Assembly: GCF_963921235.1 (NCBI RefSeq)
Contig: NC_086108.1
Span: 53,136,001 to 53,200,000 of the forward strand
Direction: 5' to 3'
DNA from: Mobula hypostoma
Lineage: Eukaryota
DNA length: 64,000 bases
The notes under the pieces: model-generated
The model's database searches: none
What the model was told of the DNA's origin: nothing
The model's input: the letters and a program-made list of their open reading frames with translations, nothing else
In this document: positions 25,801 to 40,433 of the stretch, one piece after another
How the letters are laid out: each line of letters opens with the position of its first letter
Numbering within the stretch: the stretch's first letter is position 1
Translations under genes and position numbers: made by a program

Positions 25801-27479
25801 GCTGGGCATATTGAACACTCTCAATAGTAAGTATGGGTTTGGTGAAAGCAGACACAACTACAAGATTTTACACACTATTAGAGAGACACTTGAAGAGGCA
25901 AGACATAAGAGAATATGTAGCTAATGTGGACAAATGGGATAAGCACAGATCGGTATAGCACTCAGCATCGTCTTCTCTGTGAATGCTGAAGGAATCAATC
26001 ACAAATGTTATTGGTTGTACAACTCAAGCATTTTTTTTAGCTTAAAAAGGAGAAAGACACATAGAAAGAAATTGAAATGTTCTGTGTAAAATGCAAAGAA
26101 TTATTTGATGTTTTGGATGGATTTGTACAAATTTTTACAGTGACATTTGATAAAGTAATGGAAATCTTATGAGTCATGAATTAAGTTGCATTTAATTGAA
26201 ACACTACCCTCGTAAGTAACTTGAGTGATTCTGAAATAATTAATATTAACTCTCTTAAAAGTAATAACAGTATCTCCCTCAGAGGTTGTGTTGTTAAGTG
26301 TCTCACCTACAGTGAATTTCAGTCATACAACCAGTGAAGTCTCAGGTTCAGGAGCTGGTCCGAAATACCTGATTTCAAATTCAGCAGCAGCTCTAGTGCT
26401 TCAACAGGTCTTAGATCCCCAAGGCTAGAAAATGAAAGGTTCCTCAATCTCATTTCCATTTACTGAACTTTTTTAGGGAAAAGCATGTGGATTAATGTAA
26501 GATGGGAGCTTCATCAGGCTTTGCAATGATACCCTCCATGTTCAAATATATCACTATTACCTAGGCAAATCTTTTAGAAAATGGCAACTTAAAGAGATGC
26601 TAAAACATACTTAGTACAAAATACAACCCACAGAGACAAAAAAAAAGCAGTGAGAAAATGCTTATTTGAAGAAAGGTTAATAATTCTGAGAAAGAAAACA
26701 ATGCTTCAATAGACCCCAAATGATTCTGAAAATTAGCAACTCTACTGCTTCAGAATAAAAAAAAGTACTTTCTCCATGTTCATTCTCTCGAGAATACACT
26801 TACAGACAGAAATTATTATTGATTTTCTTTGATTAGTTTGTATTTCCAAGCAAAATTTGCTCCTCTACAGAAAGTTAATTTCAGCGACAGGCATATTCAA
26901 CTTACTTTTGACAAAAACTTTTTTTCCTGGTCAGTTTATATGAAGCATCTTATTGACTATTTGTTTGGTGGTGTAACTTAAAAGACAAACTCAACCAAAG
27001 ATCCGCTCACAAACTGAAAAAAATGCTACTGTGGTAAAAAAGTGCAAAAATAATAAATTAAAAATTTTAAAGAATTATAATACTCTTAACTTCAGCAATA
27101 CTTACTGTGGAATACTTACCATCATAGCATCATGGAATGCTTTGTGAAAGTTTTTGCTCCAAAACTTTACATGTTCATACATCAGTGAAGATTGTTAACA
27201 AAAGTCTTTGCATATTTTTTCATATTTAAAAGGTATAGGACTTGAATCAAGGAGCAACTATCGATGGAAATTGTACCACAATGTAAAATATGGGAGTAAA
27301 TTACAGAAGTCAATAGATAAGAGATTAGTAATCCACAAATCATAGAAAATTTTAGACCTTTAATCAATTTGTAATGGCTTCTCCACATCAGGGGGGCTGA
27401 AATCTAAGTTGACTTTGCTCTGTACATAATATGATGGTTGAACAAAAGGTAGACTAGAAATCTGGAGGTCTGAGCAAAA

Positions 27480-29078
27480 CTACACCCGTGCAAATCCCTG
27501 CAGCATCCGGTGACCCTGTGACCTCTGTCTCAGAGGATGACATCAGAACATCTTTCAAGAGGATGAACCCTCGAAAGGCTTCAGTCCCTGATGGTGTACC
27601 TGGGAGGGCTCTGAAAACCTGAGCCAACCAATCTGTGGGGAGTGTTCACGGACATCTTCAATCTCTCACTGCTGCAGTCGGAGGTTCTCACCTGCTTCAA
27701 AATGTTGATAATCATATCAGTGCCCAAGAAGAGCAGGCTGAGCTGCTTCAAAGACTATCGCCCAGTTGCGCTCATATCTGCTGTACTTTGCGAGGTTGGT
27801 CAGGCCAGAATCACCTCCTGCCTAAGCAAGGACCTGGACCCGCTGCCATTTGCCCATCGCTGCAGTAGGTACAGAGGATACAATTTCACTGACTCTCCAC
27901 TCAGCTTTGGATCACCTGGACCATAGCAATACCAACATCAGGCTGCTGTTTATTGATCTTAGCTCAGCGTTCAACACAATCATACTTTCAGTTCCGTTCA
28001 TCAAGCTCCAAAACTTGGGCCCTGCACCTCCCTCTGCAACAGGATCCTTGACTTCCTCACCAGGAGACCACAGTCTGTGCAGATCGGAAATAACGTTACA
28101 CCTTGCTGACAATCAACACTGGTGCACCTCAAGTAGGAGTGCTTAGCGCACTGCTCTACTCTCTCTACACTCATGACTGCGTGGCTAGGCACAGCTCAAA
28201 TGCCATCTATAAATTTCATGGTGTCACAATTATTGTTGCCAGAATTTCAGAGGCATACGGGAATAAGTTAGATCAGCTAGTTGAATGGTGGGTTGCAGCA
28301 GCAACCTTGCACTCAATATCAGTAAGACCAAGGAATTGATTGTTGACTTCAGGAAGGGAAAGTCAAGGGAACATGAGGAATCTCATCATTGAGGGATCAG
28401 AAGTGGAAAGAATGAGCAGTTTCAAGTTCATATGTGTCAACATCTCGGAGGGTCTACCCTGGGACCAATATATTGAGGTAATTCCAATCAAGGCATGACA
28501 GCGTCTGAATTTCATTAGGAGTTTGAGGAGAATTTGTATATCACCAAAGTCACTCTCAAATTTCTACAGATGTACCCTGGGGAGCATTCTAACTGGTTAC
28601 GTTACTGTCTGGTATGGAGGGACCACTGTACGTGATCAGAAATAGCTGCTGAAAGATCTAAACTCAGCCAGCTCTATCATGGGCACTTGCCTGCCTGGCA
28701 TTCAGGACACCTTCAAAAGGCAATGCTTCAAAAAGATGGCATCCGTCATTAAAGACCCCCATTACCCAGGACTTTCCTTCTTCTCATTGCTTCAATCAAG
28801 AAGGAGTACAGGAGCCTAAAGACACACACTCAATGTTTCAGTAACTGATTTTACTCCTCTGCCATCAGATTTCTGAATGGACAATGAACCCATGAGCACT
28901 ACCTCGGTATTTTCCCTCTCTCATTGCACTACTTATTTAGTTTAATTTTTTTAAATATATTTCTCTTATTGTAATTTTTTAGGTTCATTATTATTATGTA
29001 TTGCTATGTATTACTACTGCAAAACAACAAATTTCACAACATATGACAGTAATATTAAACTTGATTCTGATATTCTGA
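27480..29078 (+). mobile_element. Rex1/Babar-like LINE, 5'-truncated and frameshifted
   Basis: FTDIFNLSLLQSEV..CFK...PKK...[42 protein letters not shown]; tail ATTAAACTTGATTCTGATATTCTGA. Confidence 0.88.
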
Positions 29079-29702
29079 ACTAACAACCTGAAGACCCGAG
29101 TTCAAATCCAAGCATGGGACTTAAAGTCTGTAAATAAGGAGTTTAATTAAAAGTAATCAGAAGTAATGATAACCACAAAACTATTGGATCTGGCGTATGA
29201 TTGTATCTAGCTGTATATGACTCCAAACTTGCAACATTGTGCTCAGTCTTTAACCGTCCGCTGAATGGCCCAGCATGCCACTCGGTTACAGTACGTGATC
29301 ATTTCTACATTTAAATAAAGAACTGCATGCATCTCCTGATTCAGACATTACAAAGTCATTCCAGCTCAGTCAACCTTGCGGAGTGCTCCTCACAAACATC
29401 TGGGGACTAATATCCCAGTTGTGAGAATTGCCTCAGAAACTGGTCAAGTAACAACCTCACCACAAAGAATCATACCTTTCAGATAACGAACCAGATTCCT
29501 CCTTACAATTCCCACCACAGAAAGGAGCAGCAGGAGCAAGCTGTCATGATTGTGGATTAAATACTAAAAATGGTTAAATGGTCCAATCAGATTGGATAAG
29601 ATGAGCAATCAAACATTCTGGTAAGTGAGTTTTATCGAAGCTATCCATTCGATCTCCAAAATATCACTGCTTACACAATCCACCTTGCAAATACATCATC
29701 CC

Positions 29703-29809
29703 ATAAACAAGAGATTCTGCAGGTGCTGAAAATGCAGAGCAACATACACAAAATACTGGAGGGACTCATTAGGTCAGGAGTATCAATAGAAAGGAATAAA
29801 CAGTTACGG
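29703..29809 (-). mobile_element. Short Penelope-tail insert with 11-bp TSD
   Basis: TACATCATCCC at 29692-29702 and 29810-29820. Confidence 0.8.
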
Positions 29810-29972
29810 TACATCATCCCTCTTTGTCTACATGATTCTGGATAAACAGCCTACAAAGTGCAGCCCAACTACATGATGAAACTTTGCAAAAAGATACAAA
29901 GAAGTACAAATAGCATGATACTTGTAAACTTCTGTAATGTTTCCTTCAACTGAAAAGATGGTCATCTGCATG

Positions 29973-30292
29973 GAACTTTAAGTGTGGCAATCATGCAAGT
30001 GTATGTATCATTGTCATCTTGGAGACCAACAATGGTGTTATAAGAGAGTGTCTCCAAGCCTGTGAAGGCTCTTGAAGCACAACTCAACCAATAAGTTATT
30101 CAATTTCACACTGTTGTCATTTTGAAGTCCCTATTGGATTCCATGGATCTCATAAGAAACAAGCTGTTGACTTAGGGCAGCCAGCTAGCGTATCTGTTTT
30201 GAGGTACAACTGCCTGGCAAGATGCAGAGTAACGACAAAAATGGCAATGACTGTAGGAAAAGTCAAATGGAGTATACATATAAAAAATTAAG
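29973..30292 (+). repeat. Copy 2 of the duplicated segment (empty-site version)
   Basis: Matches 25004-25432 without the insert; single TCAACCAAT at 30084-30092. Confidence 0.9.
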
Positions 30293-32569
30293 CAAAAGGT
30301 CAAATGAAATGTGTAAATTACAAGAAAGTCAATCATGGTAGTGAGAAGCTCCAAGATACAGAGCACAAATTAACATGTATCACACAAAAATATTAGCTAT
30401 CTCAAAAAAAACAAAGAAACTTTTGCCAAAACAAATCACAAAAACAATTACAAAAATTAAGGTAAAAAGATTTCCTTGAACTTGAAGAGGAAATGGAAGC
30501 TATAAACAAACTGAAAAAATGGAAAGGCACGGGGAGTGATAAAACAGTTACTAGCAATCCCAGAAAATACAGTTACCATTAATAGGATTAGTGAAGCTGT
30601 ACATAAGATAATAAAGGAAAGAAAATGGATTTAGAAATGAAAGGCTGTGCATTAATAGGACCTTTATGTTACATGGAATCACTGAGAAAGTTTTGAATAA
30701 ACAAGATGACAGCTTCATCATTTGGGTCAATGATTTTTGAAAGGAGCTTTGGTACTCAAAATAGTGGTACTTAAAACTGTTATGGATTTTCTTGTGTATA
30801 TAGTTAAGAAGCAATGATGAAATTGAATATTACAGTAATTTAAAATGACAAATAAAACAATAGAGTGGTTCAAAATAAAATTAATGTATGACAAACATGT
30901 TTTATGGATTGCCAATATATCTCAATGTAAATAGTGCATCAGGAGGAAATCTGGACTCAGACAGACAAAATACAAAACAAGAAATCACTGATGGTATCAC
31001 ACTTTAGACAGGAAAGAAGAAATGCAAAGAAAAGTAAACCTTTTGAACAAAATTGAGTGAGGTCAGAAGAAAAATTACTCAACAAAGCATGAGTTGACAT
31101 AAAGCTCAGAACAGTATAAAAGGTTGTTCATCAGTTTTGTAGTATAATATGCTGCATGCTCACGTTGGACTCCTGTTAGTAGATACAGTTGGGAAAACAG
31201 CAAAGGCATTTAACAAATTCAGCACCTATGACAGAAATAGCCAACTATCAAAAAAGTCATATCAAATGGCAGTAATCAGCATTAAAAGTTGGCCAAAAGC
31301 TGGAGAATGAACTATTGCTTTTGCCATCAGTTGTTTTCATTAGATACTCAACTTATATTAGGCAGAAAATGTGACAAATAATGTAAAAGAAAAAGGCAGT
31401 AATGATTATAAAACACAGGTTGGGTAGTGCGATGAATGTGAAATTACAAAATAGTAAACTAAACATTGAAAGGTATTTGAAGAAGAGAAATGTGGAAGTC
31501 CAAGCACTCTGAGAACAGTCCCTACAAAAGCAAGGAAGTGGTATAGCTGGTAGCTAAGATCATGTAGAAAATTAGTACACTGTAGAACCAATAAATGGTA
31601 TGCAACCAACAAGCTATATAGTAATTAACTGTGAGTTGGTCATAGGATTTCTAGCTGCTAATGGAAATGCCAGTGGTTGCAATTCATGGTAAGCAACATA
31701 AAGCAAAATGGTTTGGATTCATTATTTACTGTCAATTTTTTTAGAATGCATGACAGAGGAAAGGAAGTTCATGTGAATGTTTGAAGCTTGAAATTCACAG
31801 TTTCTGGAAGCAATCACCTTCAAAGCTATAGATCTCCAGATCAAATTATGTGTCTTCACCAGAGCAATTAGATTTCCTTCCTTTGCAACTCTCTTTACTT
31901 CTTCATGTAGTATTGTTCAAGGAGCGCTATCAATTCTACTTCACCTTGCCCAAATGTATATTGACCTTTGGTTTTGATTTTTGAACCCCCTTTTCCTCAT
32001 TCAACTAAAGACCAAGCTGGTGCACTATTGACATGGAGAATTTCCTTAAAGTTGTTAATTTTTGTTGAGAGAGGTGCCCTCTGATACAGAAAGAGGTTCA
32101 CATTTTCCAGAGTCCTGCTGTGGACATTTACTGTTCAGGAGGAATGTTACACAACTGGAGAAGGTTGGTAGAAGACCTTTACTTTGTATATGTTTTGTGT
32201 AAAGCCCATTTTCTCCCTTATGCTTCTTTGAATAAGTTGACAATGATATGGAACTCAGCCCCAGCACATGCACATTTACAAGTACCAATGCTTACTGACT
32301 GAGGCTGGAGTGACCCTGGTCCTGAATTGGAGATTGAACAGCTTCTCACTCGTCCTGTCCATTAGCGTCACTACTGAGAGGAGCCATGTTAGGATGAAAG
32401 AGATGGGGAAAGGTACTGGAGTGATCACACAGCCTTGCTTGATCATAGTTTTCAATGGGATAGCGTCTATGATGCACCCATTGGTTAGAGCCCTGGCCTG
32501 CATGTCTTCCTGGCAGCATGGCAACACAAAAACACCACACGTAGTCTCAAAGTTATAATGGCCTACGCT

Positions 32570-32860
32570 TAAGTCTTCTGTCCTCAGGTGCTGTCTATAT
32601 GAACTTTGCATGACCTTTCTGTGACTCTGTGGGTTTCACCTGGGTCTTTGGTTTCCTTTCACATTGCAAAGATGTACTTGTTGTCAGATTTATTGGCTAA
32701 TTTAAATTTCCCCAGGTGTAGATAGATCGCAAAAGAATCAGTGGGCTATTCATGGACATGTGTGAAAGAATAGATGGTGGGCACATAAGTGGGGGAGTGA
32801 GACTGATAGAATTGCTCTCTAAGAGTGGACTTTGATACAGTGGGCCAATTTATAACTGCT
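32570..32860 (+). mobile_element. Decayed V-SINE / HE1-like SINE
   Basis: GTGGGTTTCACCTGGGTCTTTGGTTTCCTTTCACATTGCAAAGATGT...ATTGGCTAATTTAAATTTCCCC resembles the V-SINE central domain (from recall). Confidence 0.55.
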
Positions 32861-35800
32861 AAGTGTTGAGGAAGCAGGGAGTCTGCAGAAGGATTTAGAC
32901 AGATTAGGATAATGGGCAAAGAAGTGGCAGACGGAAGTGTATAGACATGCACTTTGGCAGTAGGAATAAAGGTGTAGACTATTTGTAATCAGGAAGCAAA
33001 TTCTGAAAGATGAAAATAGATGGTAGAATGCTGGAATGGGAAGTGAAATTCAATGCTGAGAAATTGATAGTGTTGTTAAGAAGGGAGATGATGTATTAGT
33101 CTTCATTAGTCAGGGAACTGAGTTCAAGAGTCGCAAGGTAATGCTGCAGCCCTATAAAACTCTGGTTAGGACAAAGTATGTGACTTTGGGGCAAAGAGCT
33201 GATGGTGCTGTTTCCTTGTACCTGTTGCCCTCGTCCAGCAGGAGCAGTTACAAGATGCTGCTGAAGTAAGATAGTGAGTAGCCTTCCAATATAACAAATA
33301 TAACTAGCCTATGAAGCATAATCATTTAGATGAAGATTTGGAAGATGGCCACCCCCACAGGTTTTGCAGTGGTGAGTAATTAGCTTAGGAGAAGAATTAG
33401 GATGCACAGTCACTAAAATCTGAACAATAGAGTAAGGATAAGAAATGGAATAAAGATTTTTGCCTTTGACCCTTGAGTTATCCAATGCACCAGCTCTTGG
33501 ATTAAAGTAGATTCAGTTTTAATGTGAATCGTACAATCCTAGATCTGTGGAACTTGCAGAAATTGCTGCAATTCCTCAGAAATTGAATTCCTCAAATATA
33601 ATTGAAATTATATTCAGATCGTGTCTGAAATAAGCAGTATCATGGATGATGGAAAAGCTAATTGATCTTCATTGTGAAAGCAAACAGCGCAAACCAACTG
33701 GTCTGAGTAAAGGGAATAAATGGAAGTGCAATAGTGTTCAGTGACAAGAAAGTAATTGCACTGCAGTTCCTAATTATTTAATAAGTGACCTTTATTGGTT
33801 CCACAAACACAATGACAATGCAGTGGAATTCCTTTTTCCCTCCTCCGATTTTCTCCCTTTCCCCTTGAAGAATCAGAATGACTCTTGAGTACAGAACGCT
33901 GGAGCTAGGAATGTATCAACACCCTCACTCCAGTACCCAGTCTCCATCTGTTGTCTTTGGTTCCTTGACTGATAATTCTTCAGTTATTCAATGATGAGAG
34001 TGCAGTTTAACCTGATACTCTGTGTATCCAATATCCTTACTTCCCTGCAAAAAAAACTTTCCATTTTAACAATAGAAACCCTGAAGTAAATATTAATACA
34101 ACATTATGTTTGCTGCTATGATCCGGCCCTAACTTCCACCTCCAAATTATCAGCACAGTTTATACCCATGGATTGCTTTCACTACTCATTGATTAACTGC
34201 GACAAATGAGACAGAGAGCCCCAATTTTATTCCTAAGCTGGTTACTCTCGGCTGCAAAACTTATGAGGATGCTATAATTAGTCTCAAACCTCAGTACAAG
34301 GTAGAACGATCTGGACTCCTGCTGAAGATGTATGCAGATATGAATGTCAAGTCCAGACAGGATCCTGCTTGGTTTTAATTTACTCCAATGTCAAATCTCT
34401 AGTTCATAGCATCAATGGAAGGAAAATTTACTGGTTTATGCTATAAAATTGTGAGCCATCATCCCAGAATTTTCTTGCTATGCTCTAACCCCTGGCAGGG
34501 CATGGCAATTTGGCTGTAAATATTAAAATCTACCATAATGCCATCAAAAGAGATGGGTGGAAATGGAAAAGAAAAAAACAATGGGTATAAAATAGTGGCT
34601 GTCAGTGTTGATCTGCATATTCTCTTCAGGTCACCAGCTACATTATCTTAAACTCTAGAAAAAAAACCAATAAATTATAACTACAGGAAAAAATGGTCCA
34701 TTATAACTTGCAATTAAAAAGTAATTTCATGCAACCTTGGGAATGACAATGTCAATTCATGCAGATGCTGCTGATGTTGAATTCTTCAAACACAGGCTGC
34801 AAAGTTAGGCCAAGATTATTATTATTATCATCATTACCTAAATTAGCTTATCTAGTTTAACATGAACAAAATACTCATTGTCATTCTGGGCAGAAAAAGA
34901 ACCCTATAATATGAACATTTAGAAAAAATATTTGTGTTTTTTAAAACCTTTTCCTCACTGTTGATGGCACGAGTGCAATCCCCCCAGGATTAGAGGCTCC
35001 TGTAGCTTGTCTAGTAAGCCATTCATATTTAAACCCTGAAGTTGACTAGTTTTTCAATCATGGTAGGGTTACAGGAAATCTATTTCAGACCTTCATCAAA
35101 ATCCAAATGTATTTGTCTCTATCAGCAATCACTGGATATTGATCAGGAACTATATGCTTGCTAAAAAATTTCCTCCAATTCGCTGGTACCTCTGTTGTCA
35201 CTGATCAATTTACTCAATGCAGGCTGGTAATTCAGCAAGAGAACTTCATAGTTTTCAAAATTCTACACTTAAAGTACAGTTACTCAGCGAGCCAACCTGG
35301 AAATATTCTTGAATGTTTTCTTTCATGGCGCTTCCCTTTCAGCTCCATCATCCAAAATAATTAATTTCAGGATCTTTTAGCCTGATTTTGCAGATTTTCT
35401 CTGATATGTACAAAGACTTCCATTTATTTATTAACTTGTCATATCTCTTGGGAACCCTAAAGTCCTTATATATAATAAACTGCTTTACTGAGGTGTGTTA
35501 CAGATCAACAAATGCAGTGTATAACAGAGGATGCCAATCGTATGAGAAATAATTTAACATCCTGCACACCGTCTGCCTGCTGCACTCAGCTGTCAATCTG
35601 CAGTGAGTGCTGAGAGCAACATTTATAATCAGTGGAGGTGACATAAATTTGAATCCAATTTAAACATATGAAACTGTATTTAATTTAAGACATGTATCAA
35701 CATACAGTATATCTGTTATCCATAAAGTAAAATTGGGGGTTCCTCTGTTACCTGCTCTTATTCAGTTTTAATACAATAAGATCACGATTTTCGTTCTTAG

Positions 35801-35907
35801 AAAAGGGGATAAAATGATGGCTGTCTGTGATCATTTTCCAAAAGCTCAAACTTGATAAAAAGCCTTAATTGTTCAGATCAATAATTGGGAATTAAAGGAA
35901 TTTGGGA

Positions 35908-36890
35908 CATAAGAACATAAAAAGTAGGAGCAGGAGTAGGCCATCTGGCCCATCGAGCCTGCTCTGCTGTTCAATAAGATCATGACTGATCTGGCTACGG
36001 ACTCATCTCCATCTCCTGCCTTTTCCCCATAACCCTTAATTCCCCATAACCCTTAATTCCCCTACTATGCATAAACCTATCGAAATTTGTCTTAAATACA
36101 TTTACTGAGATAGCCTCCACTGCTTCACACAGAGAATTCCATAGATTCACCACCCTCTGGGAAAAGCAGTTCCTCCTCATCTCATCCTAAATCTACTCCC
36201 CCGAATCTTGAGGCTATGTCCCCTAGTTCTAGTGTTACCTATCAGTGAAAACAACTTTCCTGTTCCTATCTTATCTATCCCTTTCATAATTTTATATGTT
36301 TCTATAATATCTCCTCTCATTCTTATGAATTCCAGCGAGTATAGTCCCAGGCAACTCAATCTCTCCTCATTGTCTAATCCCTCATCTCTAGGAATAAACC
36401 TGGTGAACCTTCTCTGCACAGCCTCCAAAGCCAGTATATCCTTCTTCAAGTAAGGAGACCAGAACTGCTTGCAATACTCCAGGTGCGGCCTCACCAGTAC
36501 CCTCTACAGTTGCAGCATAACCTCCCTGCTCTTAAATTCAATCCCTCTAGCAATGAAGGCCAACATTCCATTTGCCTTCTTGATAGTCTGCTGCACCTGC
36601 AAACCAACCTTTTGTGATTTATGCACAAGCACTCCCATGTCCCTCTGCACAGCAGCATGCTGCAATTTTTTACCATTTAAATAATAAACTGCTCTTTCAT
36701 TTTTCCTTCCAAGTGCATGATCTCCTTTTTACCAACATTGTACTCCATCTGCCAGACCCTTGCCCACTCACTTACCTATCTATATCTCTCTGCAGACTCT
36801 CTGTATCTTCTGCACAGTTTGCTTTTCCACTCAATTTGGTATCATCAGCAAACTTAGATTCACTACACTCGGTCCCCTCTTCCAGATCGA
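35908..36890 (-). mobile_element. CR1 3' portion
   Basis: ORF 36177-36494(-): RPHLEYCKQFWSPYLKKDILALEAVQRRFTR...TRGHSLKIRG; FADD at about 36840; tail ACATAAGAACATAA. Confidence 0.92.
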
Positions 36891-36939
36891 CAGGGGACAT
36901 TTAACTCTTTGAGTGTGACCCACCCACCATTCATTTCAA

Positions 36940-37810
36940 TATAATATTACTGCTTTCCAGACCTTTTGACACCATTCAAGTCTAGAAATGCATCTGTCCC
37001 ATTCTTAAATGTATTTTGTGGTAGAGAATTCCACAGGTTTCTTTCTTTGAGTAAGAAATTTCTCTGCATCATAGTCCTAAATCTCTTGGTTTTTTTAACT
37101 TGAATTTGTAACCTGTGTTCTGGACACACCAGTTAAGGGATACATCCAGCTTAAATCCAGTTTATCTCACCTTGTCAGATCTTTCTATGTTTCAATTAGA
37201 TCCCTTTTTATTCTTCTGAGCATCAGTACATACAAACCAAGTTGACTTAATTCCTCCTTATATGGCTGCCCCACCATTTTAGGAATCAGTTGTTATACTC
37301 CCTCTATTGGAAATACCCATATATTCTTTCTACAGTAAGGAAACCAAAATTGCACCACAATATTCCAAGTGTGGCTCACCAAGGCCTCATAAACCATCTT
37401 TGCTCTTGTCCCAGCATGCCTTTGCTTTAAAAGTCCACATACCATTTGCCGTCTTACCTGCTTGCTCCATGTGCATATTTTCTTCAGTGACTGGTGTACA
37501 TGTAAATCCCAACACTTTTAGAATAAAATGGTGCCTTTTTGTTTCCTTTCTACCAAACTGGATATCTTCACATTTATCCAGGTTATACAGCATTTCCTTT
37601 CTTTTTGTCCCCTCATACCGCTCACTGATTTCTGCTGGACTCCATGAGTTACCATCTGTAACCCTTTAAAAGTCCTATTTATTTCTGTCAATAAGTTTTC
37701 AGACCATGCCAATACATTACCCTAGATCTTTCATTTTATACACTGAGCTTTTCAATGGGACATTGTTAAAGGCTTTCTGAAAATCTGAATATACCTCATC
37801 CACTGGTTTT
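36940..37810 (-). mobile_element. Older decayed CR1 fragment
   Basis: Minus ORFs with NLWNSLPQ and LYNLDKCEDIQFGRK. Confidence 0.7.
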
Positions 37811-38269
37811 CATAGTTCACACGACTTATAACCATTTAAGTTAATGGACAGAAAGTCATGGAGAACTCATCCATGGTTTCCCAATATTTCTTCTGAAAGG
37901 TACATCAAGAAATCAACAGGTTAACACTGCAAGCTCAATGGCAGAGAGAAAATATGATAAGAAGGCGTGAAGTAGATAACAACAATGCTGATAGTGTTTC
38001 TAGATGAATATATTTGTATCACTTATCCAGTGTTGACAGTTCTCTTATGGTCACTCCCAAAGACTTTAGTTGGTATTAGAAGCTCCATTTGTAAATACTT
38101 TTTTTTTGACAGCACCACAAAGAAAAAAAAATACCTACTTTATTTATTCATTTTTCAGGATCAAGTTCTTACTGAAAATGGAAGCATTTATTGCCCATCC
38201 TTGGTTGTCTTTGAGAAAGTGATGGCAAACCAATTTCAAGAACCGTTCATTTTGGTAAAAATGCTTCCA

Positions 38270-38830
38270 AGTCAAAATCAATTTTATTGTCATGTGCACA
38301 AGTGCAACGAAAAACTTACTTGCAGGCGCACATAGCATCATATAAGCAGTAGTTGCAAGAAAAACATAAATTAACTTAAACTATACACAATTTTTACAAG
38401 ATGGAACACAATTACAACAACTTACAAAAAACAAAGTCAATTTTCATGCAATTTGATTGGAATGGTCATGGTGTTGCTTAACTGTAGTGATTATTGCTGT
38501 GCTGTTTGGTTCAATTCAGACTGAATGGTTGAAGGGAAATAGTCGCTCTTGAATCTGGTGGTGTGGGACTTCAGGCTTCTGTATTTCCTTTCTGATGGTA
38601 GCTGTGAGAAGACAACACAGTCCATTTGCTGGGGATCTTTGATAATGGACGTAGCCTGTCTGATGCTGTGCCTCTTGTAGATACTATTGATGGTGGGAAG
38701 AGATGTGCCCGTAAAGGATTGGTGACTCCATTGCTTTCTACAGCTTCTTGGATTCCTGTGCATTTGAGTTGCCAAACCAGACCCTGATGCAACTGATTAG
38801 GATATTTTCATCAGTATACCTACAGAAGTA
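38270..38830 (-). mobile_element. Rex1/Babar-like 3' fragment
   Basis: ORF 38491-38775(-): ATSIIKDP...FSQLPSERKYRSLKSHTTRFKSDYFP. Confidence 0.8.
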
Positions 38831-40298
38831 CTTTAGAAAAGGATTGCAGGATTTAGACTCTGCAACAACGAAGAAATTGTGATATACTTTAAATTCAGCA
38901 TAGAGATACTGCATGCAGTAGTGTTCTTGTGCATCTGAAGCCCTTGTCTTTTCTGGAAGATAGAGGTGGTAGGTTTAGAAGGCACTTTCAGAGTACATTG
39001 GTTTTTACAGCTAATATGCACTTCAGCTAGAGGAGGAGGGAATGAGTGTTTAGGGTAGAGGATAGGATACATGGTACTGAGATGGAGCTGCAGAAAATTA
39101 AAGTGTATTCCATTACATTCCTTACTTGTGCTTTGTAGGTGATCAAAAGGTTTTGGAATGTCAGGAGGTGAGCCACTCGTCACAAGATATCCAATTTCTG
39201 ATCTGCTCTTGTATGACAGTATTTATGTGACTGGTCCAGTTGAGTTTCTAGACAGCGCTGACACAGAATATTGATGGTGTATGACTCACTTGTGATAGTG
39301 TTATTGACTGTCAGGGTTAGTTGGTTAAACTCTGACTTGTTTGATATGATTATTGGCAGGCACTTTTGGTGGCATCTCTGCTTCTTGCCTCTTATCAACT
39401 CATATCTCAGTCTTGTCTTCCTGCATGGAAGTGGGCTGCTTCGTTTGCTGAGAAGTTACAAATTGTATTGAACCTGGTGCAATTATCAGTGAACATCCCA
39501 ATTACTGATGTCTGATAGAGGAAAGGGCAACTTGACACCACCAACTGTCAAGTGCTCAACATTGTACGTTATCATTATTTTTATAACAGTAGCATTGTAT
39601 CAGATTACGGGTTTCTTTCAGTCATCTAAATCTCAGAACCACAGCCCATTTCTCTTTACTCAATCTTTTATACAACAAATTCCAATAGACTACTACCTCT
39701 AATGATCTTTTGAACAAAGTTCTAGAATCAGGATAGAATGAATAAAGACGAAAACTACCTTATAAAAACCAATAAGGTCTGTAAGCAATACTTAAATGAA
39801 GTATTGTGCTGAAAAGTTGCTGGTAACATAAATATTGCCTTTAGTTTGTGTTTATATGGAACAGAAAGCGGTCTGCATCCTACCATTAATCCCCAGTATC
39901 AGAGGATTTTGCAGAGCATAAGACCATAGAAGATTAATTTTATGGCTTATCTGATTATGGGGGAAATGTTTATGGAAAAGAAATACTTTTAATTTCAGCT
40001 AATAACATTATAATAACGAAACTCATTAACTTGAATTCCGCTTACTAATTTGACGTAATCAAACGCCTAAAGGAACTGCATAATGTTACAAACCAAACTT
40101 GTACATAAGGAGGTATTGGGAAAAGTAACCAAAATTGAGGCAAAGATGAACAATTTAAGGAACACATTAGAAGTTGAGTGTCCCAGATAGAGAATCTAAC
40201 GTGGATCGTATGTTTAAGGTTGTGGCAGCTGAAGACCACGGGTGGAGGAATGAAAATCAAAGAACTGTAATAGCCCAGAATGAAGGGAAGGAGAACCT

Positions 40299-40433
40299 CA
40301 ACACAAGAGATTTTGCAGATGCTGGAGCTCTTGAACACACACAAAATGCTGGAATAACTCAGGATGTTAGGCAGTATCTATGGAGGGAAATAAATAGTCA
40401 ACACTTTGGGCTGAGATGCTTCATCAGGACTGG
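40299..40433 (-). mobile_element. Penelope tail with degenerate hammerhead
   Basis: Minus strand CAGTC-CTGATGA-AGCATCTCAGCCC-AAAGTGTT-GACTA at 40395-40432. Confidence 0.75.

Noticed and set aside
29090..29120. B-box-like GAGTTCAAATCC suggesting a tRNA gene
   Set aside because: No cloverleaf or A box; more likely the truncated head of an old SINE.
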